In this document: one piece after another, positions 40,868-52,498 of the stretch
How the letters are laid out: each line of letters starts with the position of its first letter
Numbering within the stretch: the first letter of the stretch is position 1
Source: Eledone cirrhosa
Taxonomy: Eukaryota
NCBI GenBank assembly: GCA_964016885.1
Contig: OZ024742.1
Location: 292,516,001 to 292,580,000, forward strand
DNA length: 64,000 bases
Direction of reading: 5' to 3'
Notes under the pieces: model-generated
Databases searched by the model: none
What the model was told of the DNA's origin: nothing
What the model saw: the letters and a program-made list of their open reading frames with translations, nothing else
Made by a program: the position numbers and the translations under genes

Positions 40868-40907
<40 letters not shown>

Positions 40908-41024
40908 AATATACATTTAGCGAGAATCGCATTTCGGCGAGTAGAGATTAGCGAAACGCAACTTCCGAATTGTGTTGGCGAGTGCTCAATGGATTGGAAT
41001 ATACCAAAGCTATAAACATAACTA

Positions 41025-41081
<57 letters not shown>

Positions 41082-41469
41082 TATGTGTCTGTGTTACAAG
41101 GTTACAGGGAGAAGATAAAATACATATCTAAATTTGATAGGAATATTAGTAACGGAAAAGAAACTGGAAACAAATTTATGAAGAACCCAACAAAAACATG
41201 AGATAGTGCAACACGACCAATTATATGTTGCACAACACAACTTTCCAACTTGCGTAGGAAGACAAAAACTAAAACTATCTCTAAATATAAGAATACTATC
41301 CAAACTAGTATTTAGATGGAAGAGAGGAGCAAGAAGAGGGAGATAAGGAAAAGAGAAGGGGAAGAGGAAAAGCTGTCAAAATAGCTTTTATACTTTGACC
41401 CACATAAATCTGCAATTTCATCCATTCTTTGAAACACCTGCTAAGGGTCCTAATACCATCGGAATATGC

Positions 41470-41750
41470 AAATTTGTATGAAAGGTTGAGAAGATTATTG
41501 ATAAGAATCCAAAAAGTCAATTAAGCCCATTGTCAAGGATCTCAAGGTTTCAAGGCACACTATCAGAAAAAAATGTGTATGAGAACCTTTGATACAAGTC
41601 ATGATACGGAGAGGCCAATTAATGTCTGTATAGACAAAAGATAACCATCTGATCTACACAAAGTGCTTGTTGAACAAGTTGAAACATCAAGAACCTGAAA
41701 TGCTCTGGTTTTTCTCTCAGGAGTAAAACTTTGATCAGGACCAAAATGTC
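41470..41750 (+). pseudogene. Degenerate Tc1/mariner (maT-like) transposase fragment
   Basis: Piecewise translation KIIDKNPK.S...I.KDLKVS..TIR, RRGQLMS, LLNKLKH...LWFFS.E.NFDQDQ, with frameshifts and stops. Confidence 0.6.
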
Positions 41751-42114
41751 TTCTCATTGAAATGCTGCAGCTTTAGGTAGCATATGTTATCTCTAGGGGT
41801 GCATGTCCTCCTTGTTCTTTTAAATGTTGTTGCCTTTTGGTGAGATTCCCTGGCCACGCAACAGATGCAGCGATGGTAGCGACAGACATACCAGCATGGT
41901 GGAATTCTAGAGAGTTCTCATTGAAAATGGTTAGTCTACTTCTTTCACCAAACACCAAAATACCAAAGCAGCAAGACACCAGAAGAGGGTAATAGCCTTA
42001 AAATATTAGGTTAAAATATACTGGCTAAAACATTACTTTGTTTTTTTTTGTTTTATTTGTCATCATTTGCTTTTCGTATTTTTCTACCACATTGTACCGG
42101 CTTTTTGAAAATTA

Positions 42115-42168
<54 letters not shown>

Positions 42169-42326
42169 ACACACACACACATACACACACATATATATAA
42201 AGAAGTGCGCTACAGAATGTGTAATCGAGACTGCACCAACATGAATAAATATATACACATACCTAATATGCCTAATATTTATACAGAAATAACTTTATCA
42301 TATATATATATATAGGAAAAAGTATG

Positions 42327-42423
42327 ACCCCGACGGCAGAGCTCAAGCCGTTTCGACAGCTATTTCTGGACTAAATTAGAATTTTTAGCCTGGTGAATAA
42401 ATAGCCGAACTTGTCAAGGGGGT
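42327..42423 (-). ncRNA. Hammerhead-like motif with variant core (UUGACAA)
   Basis: Minus strand CCCC-UUGACAA-stem II-GAAA-CGGC(loop with GAGCUC)GCCG-UC-GGGG. Confidence 0.6.
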
Positions 42424-43281
42424 ACTTCCATATATGGGAAGATTGTAGTTGTCAAGGGGGATTGGTTAAAATTTGTTGTAAACACAAATAAGTCTATCAT
42501 GGCATTTGGTGGGAGGTAGGGGTGGCTGAACTTGCCTGTGGAACAATCGGGGAGTGAGTGGAGTCGGTCAAGCGTTGAAAGTGATATGTATACAGCAGAT
42601 TCTAAGGATAGTGTATGAAGTGGAGGAGGGGGGTTATAGAATAGGTAATTCGAATGAGAGTAGGAGACAATAAAAGATAATAGAAAGAAAAAAATATATA
42701 TATAAAATTAGATAGTGAGAAATGAATAAAAAAAATCACAATCCTATCTTACAATTACAGGTTAAGTTGAGAATAGAAAAAAATTGTAGAAATGGAGTAG
42801 TAACAAAACTGATACAAAATTAAAGGAGTCTAACACATCTGCTATAAGTAGTTAATAAAACGTATTCGGCCAATTCTATCTTAAAATTACAGGGGTGGGG
42901 GAACTGATGTTACAGAGGCCCGATGGGCTGTATCGGGGTAGGCGAAAGGAGAAAAGCAGACGAGGAAGAAAATAGGGGGTGGAAGGAAGTGATAGGATGG
43001 GACAGGGGGAAGAAGAAGACACAGAGGAAAAGAAAAGAGATACATCTACCTATGTATTTACCTATTCTATAACCCCCCTCCTCCACTTCATACACTATCC
43101 TTAGAATCTGCTGTATACATATCACTTTCAACGCTTGACCGACTCCACTCACTCCCCTATTGTTCTACAGGCAAGTTCAGCCACCCCTACCTCCCACCAA
43201 ATGCCATGATAGACTTATTTGTGTTTACAACAAATTTTAACCAATCCTCTTGACAACTACAATCTTCCCATATATGGAAGT

Positions 43282-43378
43282 ACCCCCTTGACAAGTTCGG
43301 CTATTTATTCACCAGGCTAAAAATTCTAATTTAGTCCAGAAATAGCCGTCGAAACGGCTTGAGCTCTGCTGTCAGGGT
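43282..43378 (+). ncRNA. Hammerhead-like motif with variant core (UUGACAA)
   Basis: UUGACAA 43288-43294; stem II CGGCUAUUU/AAAUAGCCG; GAAA 43351-43354; stem III CGGC/GCUG; GUC site ending at 43373. Confidence 0.6.
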
Positions 43379-43469
43379 CATACTTTTTCCTATTTCCCAC
43401 TCTACTACCCTAAGTATTGAGTACTCTGGTGCATTATGGTCCATCTGGTTCCTTACCACAATTCCTTTG

Positions 43470-43504
<35 letters not shown>

Positions 43505-43569
43505 ATAACTTCATCATATATATATATATATAATATAAGATCAAAAGATGGTTAAAGGAGTTCCATGTA

Positions 43570-43636
43570 TTTTATTATGCGCATTTCAAAAACAAACATC
43601 ATCATGCAATAATATTTGTGTTTTCATCAGATAAAA
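43570..43636 (-). ncRNA. Type I minimal hammerhead ribozyme
   Basis: Minus strand UUUUAU-CUGAUGA-long stem II (ACAAAUAUUAU/AUGAUGUUUGU)-GAAA-UGCGCA-UA-AUAAAA; lies in a ~200-bp insert between (AT)n tracts. Confidence 0.85.
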
Positions 43637-43856
43637 CAGGAGAACATGATATGAAGGCTAAAAAACACTTGTGGATAGTGCAGTTTTAAATCAACATCTG
43701 CATTGCTTTATTGTACTACAATAAAACTCACCTCCTACACTATATATATATATATATATATATATAACGAGGGAAACGTTGTAAGGAACCAGATGGACTA
43801 TAACACACCAAAGTACTCAATACTTAGGGTAGTAGAGTGGGTAATAGGAACTCGTT

Positions 43857-43896
<40 letters not shown>

Positions 43897-44761
43897 TATA
43901 TATGATAAAACTTCATCATATATATATATATATATATGATAAAACTTCATCATATATATATATACACACAGGCACACACAGACAGGTATTTATAGGAATG
44001 TTTTCTTATATTCCTACAATAGAATAATAATTCTAATGAAAGCGAATTGTTTTGTAATCATTAGAGCAGAAATTACTGATGAATCTTTTACAATGGTTCA
44101 TTAATTTGGCTAACAAAATGAAGCCTTCTTATGTGTGGATCCCATTTCTGTCTGTGACTGAAACTATATTTACCATTCCAGTAATATAATAAATAGTATT
44201 GCTTTCAATTAATGTTATATGGAAGACGTGAAAGAAAGGAACAAAAGTGAAGAAATAAGCAAATGAATGAAGAGAGAGAAAAATACTATAAAAAAATTTA
44301 TTAATTTCATATCTGAACAATAGTAATTATTAAGTAGGAAATTTAATTAAATATTTTTCACCACCTTGAGCAGCAGCATATGTGGGTGTAGTGGTGCGGT
44401 GATGTATATATATATATAGTTTATAAATGAAACAAAACAAAACAAACACAAGAATACAGAAATATATATATATTTATAGTTTGCTATATCTATATATATG
44501 TGTGTGTGCGCATGTGTGCAAGTGTGATGCATATATATAATCATCATCATTTAACATCTGCTTTCTCTGCCAGTAAGGGTTGGACTGATCTTCACAGACT
44601 AACTCAGTACTGAAGCCAGGCATCTCACTTATATATGGTACCAGGCTCTACCAAGTGCATTTTATTAAAGTTATCATGTTTTTAACACAACTGAATGTCA
44701 TCCCAACTCTTTGTTTGCAAGCTTTCTATGGCTGGATGCCCTTCTTGTCACCAACCACTAT

Positions 44762-44816
<55 letters not shown>

Positions 44817-44820
44817 TATA

Positions 44821-44859
<39 letters not shown>

Positions 44860-44995
44860 TAAGTGGTTCAGTAGATTCAGTATATTATATGCACTTCTCA
44901 GCATGACAGTCGCATTGGACATCACTGTGGATACTGGCAAGTATATTGTCTTATTTACCATCTTCATTCTATATTTCCCTTAGAATGGTGAGACC

Positions 44996-45150
44996 AACCT
45001 CTGAAGAGTACCTGTGTCTCATGTGGTTTAATTATAATCGATAGTTTGTCTTCAATGATCGATTATATTGATTGATTTTTTTTCAATGATCGATTACATA
45101 TATTGATTTTGAGCTACCCTCTCCAGGTATGAAATAGCACTATAAAGTTT
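44996..45150 (+). ncRNA. Hammerhead-like motif with an expanded loop 2
   Basis: CUGAAGA 45001-45007; stem II GUACCUG/CAGGUAU; GAAA 45131-45134; UAGCACUA then UA; imperfect stem I AACCU/AAGUU. Confidence 0.65.
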
Positions 45151-45579
45151 CTCTTATAATTCCACCTGTGTACATATTCTTCTATAGAATATGTATATGG
45201 TGTATATACAATATACGGTGTTTCTTATACAATATATGACTCTTTTTCTCTCTATATATATATACATATATCTTTTTCATTTGATTATATATATACATAT
45301 ATTGAGTTATTGGTAATTCCATTCCAATAATGGTTCTTCCCCATACGAAAAAGCATGGTAGGGAGATTTATATATTAGCGATATTAGAGGAAAAAATATG
45401 TTTCTGTCTGTCTTGTTTATACTCTTGTAATTGGAGTTTTTTCTCATTTAATTTTGATATATAATATTGCTTCTCTGAGAGATTTCTTTCATTGAGATGT
45501 TTGGGTATTAGTGGCTAATTAACCTTTAATTAATATATATATATATGTGTGTGTGCGTGTGTATGTATATATATATATA

Positions 45580-45616
<37 letters not shown>

Positions 45617-45617
<1 letters not shown>

Positions 45618-46012
45618 TAGCAGCAGTACCCAGCGTTGCCTGGGTAGGTAAAATAATATCTGCTTTGATGAAAAGGTGTTGATCTTAGCGACTGCTTCAC
45701 GGTGGCTCATCTATGGCCACACACAGGCCATGCGGAGGAAGGTGGTGATGACCTCTATCACTGAGAAACGCGGGTGACTGACGAAGGGGCATGCTGGGGG
45801 AAGGAGGTAATGACCTTCCCCCTATCGATTTTTATCTGCAGAATGACCCTGGAATAATAAAACGATACGCTGATATATAGAAAACACTCCCCGATGACTA
45901 ATCTATGAGCCTGTAAAGTTTCATGAAAATCGGTCGTAAGATGTAGGCCCCTATATGTAATACACAGACACACAGACACACACACACATACTTAATTTTA
46001 TATATATACAGA
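45617..46012 (-). mobile_element. Non-autonomous Helitron (~396 bp)
   Basis: Minus strand starts TC and ends CTAG, with a subterminal hairpin acccaggcaacgctgggt; inserted between A and T; no TSD. Confidence 0.85.
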
Positions 46013-46139
46013 TATATATATATACACATACATACACACACATACACACACACTTATTTATGTATGTGCAACAGCTTCTGCTGTCTAGGTGATCTAATTA
46101 ACAGTGGAGACTGTTACTCTGAGAGCATAATAACTAGAA

Positions 46140-46620
46140 TACAAACAGGATGGATGACAAAGTATGGATAAGCTGAAAGAAAAGCTGGGTATAAGAGGAA
46201 TCAGATGTAACGTGCAGGAGAGAAGATTACTCTGGTATGGACATGTGATGTGTATTGAAGTGGTAAGATATCCCAGTGGAAGGAAGCTACAGTAGAGGAA
46301 GGCCAAGAAAAGCCTAGGCAAAAGTTGTGAGAACTGATCGCAAATTGCTGAATCTCACAGAGCTGATGAAGAAGGACAATAACAAGGAGATGGGTGATGT
46401 GCTAAAAAAAAACAACCTTCCAACCCATGCAAACATCATATGTGTGTGTGTGCACATGTTTTAGTTCCTAAGGATCATAGGTGTGGGGTGTTCAGGATTG
46501 CAAAGCAGTATGCAAGTGAAAATCAAGAGATTGTGTGGGGCAAATACATCCAGAATATTGGTGGTGCACCTGCCTTCACTGATGCTGAAAAGAAAGAAGT
46601 AAAGAAGTGCCATTATGAGA
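46140..46620 (+). mobile_element. Degenerate RTE fragments
   Basis: RRLLWYGHVM 3' end plus a KKE..KCHYER linker piece cut off at the LINE that follows. Confidence 0.7.
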
Positions 46621-46711
46621 GGGGTCTTTCTGCCCGTTATTTGGCCCTTCGGGGTTAAATAACTGCCTATTGGGGTTTTGTGACCAATATTTATTTTAAA
46701 CAAAAAACAAC

Positions 46712-48790
46712 ATGGCTACGAAAAAGAATTTTCATAGGTCACTCCCACTCATTCCGTCTTCTTCTTCCTCAATCGTCACTACAGCAGAGAGAAGATTGTC
46801 TCTCTCCCTCCCTTCTCTAAATGTGTCTCTCTCCCTCCCTTCTCTATCGCAAGCGACGACAGAAAAGAAAAATCTCGTGCAAAGCGTGCAAGATTTCTCC
46901 ACGACGACGACGACAACGACGAAACAGGTGTGCGGGAAATACGAAAACCCATTTCATTCGTCTGACGTCAGGAATAATAGCAGTAGCAGCCGTAACAAGG
47001 AAAACAATAGCAACAGTGACAAGGAAAACAACAGTAGCAGCCGCAACAGCACCAGCAGCAGCATAAACAACAACAGCATTAGCAGCAGCAACAACAACAA
47101 CAACCACAGCAACATCGGCGGCGGCAGTAGTCGTAGTACCTGCAGCAACAACAACAGCATCAAAGAAAAACCAATCTCGTTTGCAGGTATCGTAAAGAAC
47201 CTGGAAACCATCCTGATAACAAATGAGGAATTAGAGGAAGCGAAGAAGATGGTGACAAAAACTGGACACCGAGCAATCTGCAAGGCAGCGGAAAAATTTT
47301 TCGAAACCCAACAGCACTGTACGGTCACGTACCGTACAGTAAGTACAAAATCCCGTAGGGTTGAAAGAGCCACAGAGGCTCAAATACAAAAAGCCTTGGG
47401 GTCTGTGTGGCAGCGGAAATCGCACATCACCCGAGGCAAGAAATATGCCACCGTAGACGTACTTTTTGCCACACCCCAGGAGGCAAAGGCTCAATCCTTA
47501 GTGACCCTAAGGAGCGAGGAAATGGTGTTGGTGCCCTCCTACTGCGGGCAAAAAATTGTGAGGGTCAAACTGACCCACGTCCCGTCCCGTCCCCGGGATG
47601 GCCCCTTCTTGGCTGGCCGAGTCTGTCCTCGTCGGAATCGAGGACAAAACAACTGTACTGCAAGTACAGAAAAAAGTAAGAGAAGATTGGGTCGGCACCT
47701 CCATTGAGATGTTAATCCAAACCAACCAGGAGTGCATCGAAGCTATCCCGGATGTGATAGACTTCGATAACGGCACTCAACTGCCCATAAGTGTTGAGGG
47801 CAAACGCCCGAATTGCTTTCGCTGTGGATCGAAGACTCACCTCAGAGCCTTCTGCAACGAGATGACCCTGAGAAAGGAGAAAACCCCCTCCTTCCGAAAC
47901 CGGCTCCACGGCTACCAGCAACAGGACAAGCGGCAACCAGGAACGATAGTTCCGTGGCACCCATACCCACGCCACGGAAATCAAAAACAGCAGCAGCAGT
48001 GGAAGTATTAACAACAACAACAGCAATACCAAATGCAGCTGCAACAGAGACTCCAGTGCAAACATCACCAACAACAAGTGAAAGAGTGGAGCTGGTACCC
48101 CTCCCCGACCTCACAGAATCAGACATGGAGTGTGAGGTGGGAGAGGGATGGCAAAAGGTCGTAAGAAGGCACAAACGCAGAAGCAGCGCATCGTCGCCTT
48201 TGAAAAGGGAGGAAAGAAATGAAAAAAGGGTAAAGGCTACTGCAAAGAGACTCACAGCAGCAACACCACCAACACCATCACCACCCACACTAGCACCACC
48301 ATCACCACCGGCGACAACCCCACCGCCAACAACACCTTCAACACCACCACCACAAGCACCAACATCGCAAACACAACAACAAAACACACACACCCAGCAA
48401 CAACGACAAGAAAATAGCAGAACCACACCCCACCCCCAGAAAAACAAAAGCACGACAATAAATACACACAACAGGAAACTAATGACTTACATAATTGAAC
48501 ACACAGACATTTCACAACACGACTACATAATACCAGCACCAATCAAAACGCCAACTAATATAAGACTGCTAAAAATAGCACAGAAACAATACACAAACAT
48601 TAAAAGGAAATTCCCCAACGCAGTTGGTGATTTCAGAGGCCTAGGAGGGACACTCAACCGAAGAGTATATTCGGACATACTCATAGAAGAGCCGACGACC
48701 AGCCGAAGGGACGATTCAACGGTCCCTTCACCAGACGATCAAGTGAAAAGGGATGGAAAAACCATCCCTCCTCTACGAAAAGTACGGTAA
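46712..48790 (+). CDS. LINE ORF1 (nucleic-acid-binding protein, two frameshifts)
   Basis: Overlapping ORFs 46712-47707, 47598-48011 and 47813-48790; CFRCGSKTHLRAFC zinc knuckle; GWQKVVRRHKRR motif. Confidence 0.75.
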
Positions 48791-48825
48791 GTGGTCTTTC
48801 CCATCTTTTCCACTCTATTTTAAAC

Positions 48826-51800
48826 ATGACCTCACTCAGAATAGGCAGCATAAATGCGCGTGGCTTGGGGTCGTCATGGAAGCAGGGTCACCTGCTCAAC
48901 GACCTCGGGTCACTAAACATAGATGTAGTGGCCATCAGCGAGACCAGAATCTCCGAAGCACGGGCCTTCGCACCGATCTTCGGCGGCTACGATGTGTACG
49001 CATCTCCCAGCCGTTCTGGATCGGGGGATGAGTTGCTGTGCTTTTTCGGAGAGGTTTGGATCTCGCCATGCGGGCCATCTTCCTGGACCCAGAGGGTAAG
49101 TTGGTGGTGCTGGACGTGACCAGCGGAGACGGGCAAGCTTTCAGGCTAGTGGCCGTCTATGCCCCGACAGGAGCAGGGCGGCCTGATTTCTTCCGGCGTC
49201 TGGAGACCTTTCTTGGAACGTCCCGCTCTTTAGTGTTAGTGGGCGACTGGAACGGGATCTTAGATGCACGCTGGGACTGTGTGGGATTAGCGGATAGGGG
49301 TGGAGGGTGCAAGAGCCTCACCAACCTGCTCGGGCGTTTTGAACTGTCTGACAGGTACCGATTGGATTTCCCGAATGTGCCAATGTGGACTTGGACAAAT
49401 CGTATAGGGTCATCCATATCATATCTAGATAGAGTATTTTGTAGGGAAATAGATAGGTCTAGCATAGGCTGTCCACGATTCAAGATAGTCAGCTACACGG
49501 ACCACAAATTCGTGATCTGTGTGCTTGACTTAGATAGGCTTCATAGACGAGGACCCGGCTACTGGAAGCTAAACGCGTCCTTACCAGTGCGCAAGGCCTA
49601 CAGAGACCGGATTAGCGAACTAGTTAAGCGGGCGTTGACGGGGGCCATCGTCAACAACAAGTGGTGGTTTGCTCTGAAAAGAGCGATTAGAATAGAATCC
49701 ATTAGGTTTAGTAAGGCTTTAGCAATAGAGAAAAATAGAGCAGAGGGAGAACTAGTTAGAAAATTAGACGAGGCGCTTAGCAAAGGCATTGCGACCGACG
49801 TGCTTGCGGCGAAATTGGCCCTTGACCAATTCTTCAATGCAAAGCACGAAGGCTGCGTTGTCAGAGCTAGGGTGCGTGCTCTCAGACACGAGGGGACGAA
49901 AGCCGTTCAATGGGCCCGAGTGGCGGAGGCACGTCGTAGCAACAAAGCCACGATCCGGTCTTTGGTGGACCACGACGGGCGCATGCTACTCGATCCCGGG
50001 AAAATGTGTGAAGCTTTTCAGCGACACTTCACTCAGCTGTTCGGGGGCAGCGGTGGGCCGGGTCGAGGGATGGACTTTAGTGTCTACCTCGACGGACTGC
50101 CGCGGCTCTCGGCCACTGAGGCGGAGTGTTGCGAAAAGCCGATAACAGCCGCTGAAGTAAGGGAGGCAATGACTGGCTGCACAAGGGGTAAATCGCCTGG
50201 TTTGGATGGTCTGCCCTATGAACTTTACGTACAGATGCCAGACTTGTTCGGAGGCCTCTTGGCGGACGTCTACTGCAACTGGCAACAGAACGGGAGAATT
50301 CCCAGTTCTGTGAGCCGAGGAGCGGTGGCACTGCTGAGAAAGGATCCGAACAAGGGGGATAACAGATAATTTCAGGCCCATAACTCTGCTAAACATAGAG
50401 TTCAAGATTTTGGCCAAGGTGCTAGCAAAGAGGTTGGCGCTTGTCGTTGGTGGTCTGGTGGGAGAGGCGCAGACATGCGCCATTCCCGACAGATCCATCC
50501 ACGACAACCTCCACCTCATGCGATGCATCGTAGAGAGAGTAGCTAGGGAACCTGGCACGGGTGGGTCCTTGATCAATTTAGATCAGTCGAAAGCTTTCGA
50601 TAGGGTCGACCAGCGTTACCTAGCGGCAGTCCTGAGGGCGGCTGGCTTTGGGCCCGTCTTCAGAGGCTGGATCGCTGCCATGCACAGCGTCATCTGTTCT
50701 GTGGTGAGAGTGAACGGTCACCTTTCGGAACCGTTCAACATCATGCGCTCGGTCCGCCAAGGATGTCCCCTCTCGTCCCTCTTGTACGTATTGACTCTCG
50801 AGCCATTACTGCACAAACTGGAGACGTTGAGGGGCGTCCCGCGCGAACTAGGATGCGGAAGATCCGTGTCAGCATATGCGGACGATGTCACCGTAGTGGT
50901 GTCGAACGCCAAACACATCGAGGCGATCGGCACTACACTAAGAGAATACGAAGCGGTGACAGGAGCAATGATCAACCAGGAAAAGTCAGTGGGCCTGCAG
51001 CTCGGCACCTGGAGAGGCAGGTCCATGCCGTCCAACAGCGTCGTCGGACGCTGGACGGACGGACCGGTTAAATTGCTAGGGGTCTGGTTCGGTCCGGACC
51101 TCCAGACGGACAAAAACTGGGACGAGGTGACGAGCAGGGTGGCTTCTCTCACCCAGAAATGGGCGGAGAGGAAGCTATCCCTGAAAGGTCGAGCGGAGGT
51201 GGCTAACGCGTACATCGCGTCTGTCATCTGCTACCGCCTGACCGTCGTGCCTTGTCCTAAGCCTCGCCTGACTGCGCTGGAGCGTTTGCTCTTTCGCTTT
51301 TTGTGGAAGGGACGCGCTCCGATGGTCAGGCGGTCCATCTGCTGTCAACACCCGCTACGTGGAGGGCTGGGCATGCCGTGGCTGATGATGCGCAGGCACG
51401 CGCTCAGGCTACGACATCTCCACCTCTTCCTCGACGGTGATCAGGTGTGGTCGCCGTTTGCTAGATACGTATTTCCCCAGCTCGTTTCCTTGACGGAGCT
51501 GCAGTCCTGGGTCAAGCGAAGACCGAGAGGGAGCGCCTGGAGACTGGAATGTCTTCAGGCGCTCACAGCCCTCGACCAATCGGGCAATGTGATCGGTGGA
51601 AACTCCACCTCGGCGTTCTATAGAGGATTAGTGGAGGGGAAGAGCGACGACGTACTTGGGGAAACTCTAGGCGTCGACGAAAATCAACTAGCCAATCTCT
51701 TCGGAAGAACTTTCGGGCCAGGGCCTATGGACAACTTCCAGAAATCTCTGGCCTGGCAGTGCTACGGAGGAGCCTTGCCAGTTCTGGATAAACTCTACAG

Positions 51801-52242
51801 GCATGGAGGTGCCGTCAGCCGGGCATGTCCGAGATGCGCGCAGGGCGACGAAACCGTCCTGCACGCACTCGTCCAGTGTCCGAAAATTGCTGACTTGTGG
51901 GTTTATGTCGAACACCTGCTGTCGCGTGTAGGACGGATCCGGCTATCATCTGAGTCCATCGTCAGGATTGCCCCACCCTCCTCCTTTAGCTGGGAAGGGC
52001 AGGCAATTTTTATCTGTCTGGTGGCCATGGCGAAAGAGATAGTATGGTGGACACGTTTGAAAGGGCTGAAGACGAGCATTTACCTCTTTGGTGATGCCCT
52101 GATTGACTTTTTCAAATTTCATTTGAAAAGGAAAATCAGTGTAGAGAGGGAAGTGCTCTCTTCCCAGCATTTTGTTGAAAGATGGGTGAGAGAAGCAAGA
52201 ATGGCCCGAGTGAATGGGCCTACTCTGAGTATATATTTGTAA
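48826..52242 (+). CDS. LINE ORF2: AP endonuclease, reverse transcriptase and C-terminal zinc finger (two frameshifts)
   Basis: SINARGL, ISET, VYAP, GDWN, YLDR, TDH; KSPGLDG, FRPITLLN, DQSKAFDRV, VRQGCPLS, AYADD; CPRC...ETVLHALVQC; frameshifts near 49030 and 50365. Confidence 0.92.
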
Positions 52243-52498
52243 ATTAAAGGTGGAAAACTGGGAGAGGGCACTTGCCTTGGTGGTCAGGGTCAATGTGGCC
52301 TTTTACTGGGCTTTCTCTACAAAGTCTCCCCCCTATTGGGGAATTTTTCATTGTTATTTTTTGTTACATCCTCTGTTTTTGTTTTTTACACGCAGAAATG
52401 CCCATTTGTACCGTACTGTATTGTCCTGCAATGTCCTTAATGTCTACTTTATGTAAACCCTTGTGGTTAATAAAGAAATCATTATTATTATTATTATA

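Larger units (their letters stand above)
36877..40870. mobile_element. Rearranged Penelope-like element (Naiad-type) with ~960-bp inverted pLTR arms, in (AT)n
   Basis: 36877-37842 is the near-perfect reverse complement of 39813-40781; RT and GIY-YIG fragments lie inside; hammerheads in both arms; (AT)n on both flanks. Confidence 0.9.
42312..43470. mobile_element. Fold-back element with ~335-bp inverted arms plus a 78-nt tail, probably a Penelope-like pLTR derivative
   Basis: 42312-42648 is the reverse complement of 43058-43393; extra tail at 43394-43470; (AT)n flanks; hammerhead-like motif in both arms. Confidence 0.85.
46621..52497 (+). mobile_element. Near full-length L1/Tx1-clade LINE
   Basis: Structured 5' UTR, ORF1 with CCHC knuckle, ORF2 APE-RT-zinc finger, AATAAA near 52469 and an (ATT)n tail; GC-rich relative to the flanks. 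Confidence 0.92.
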
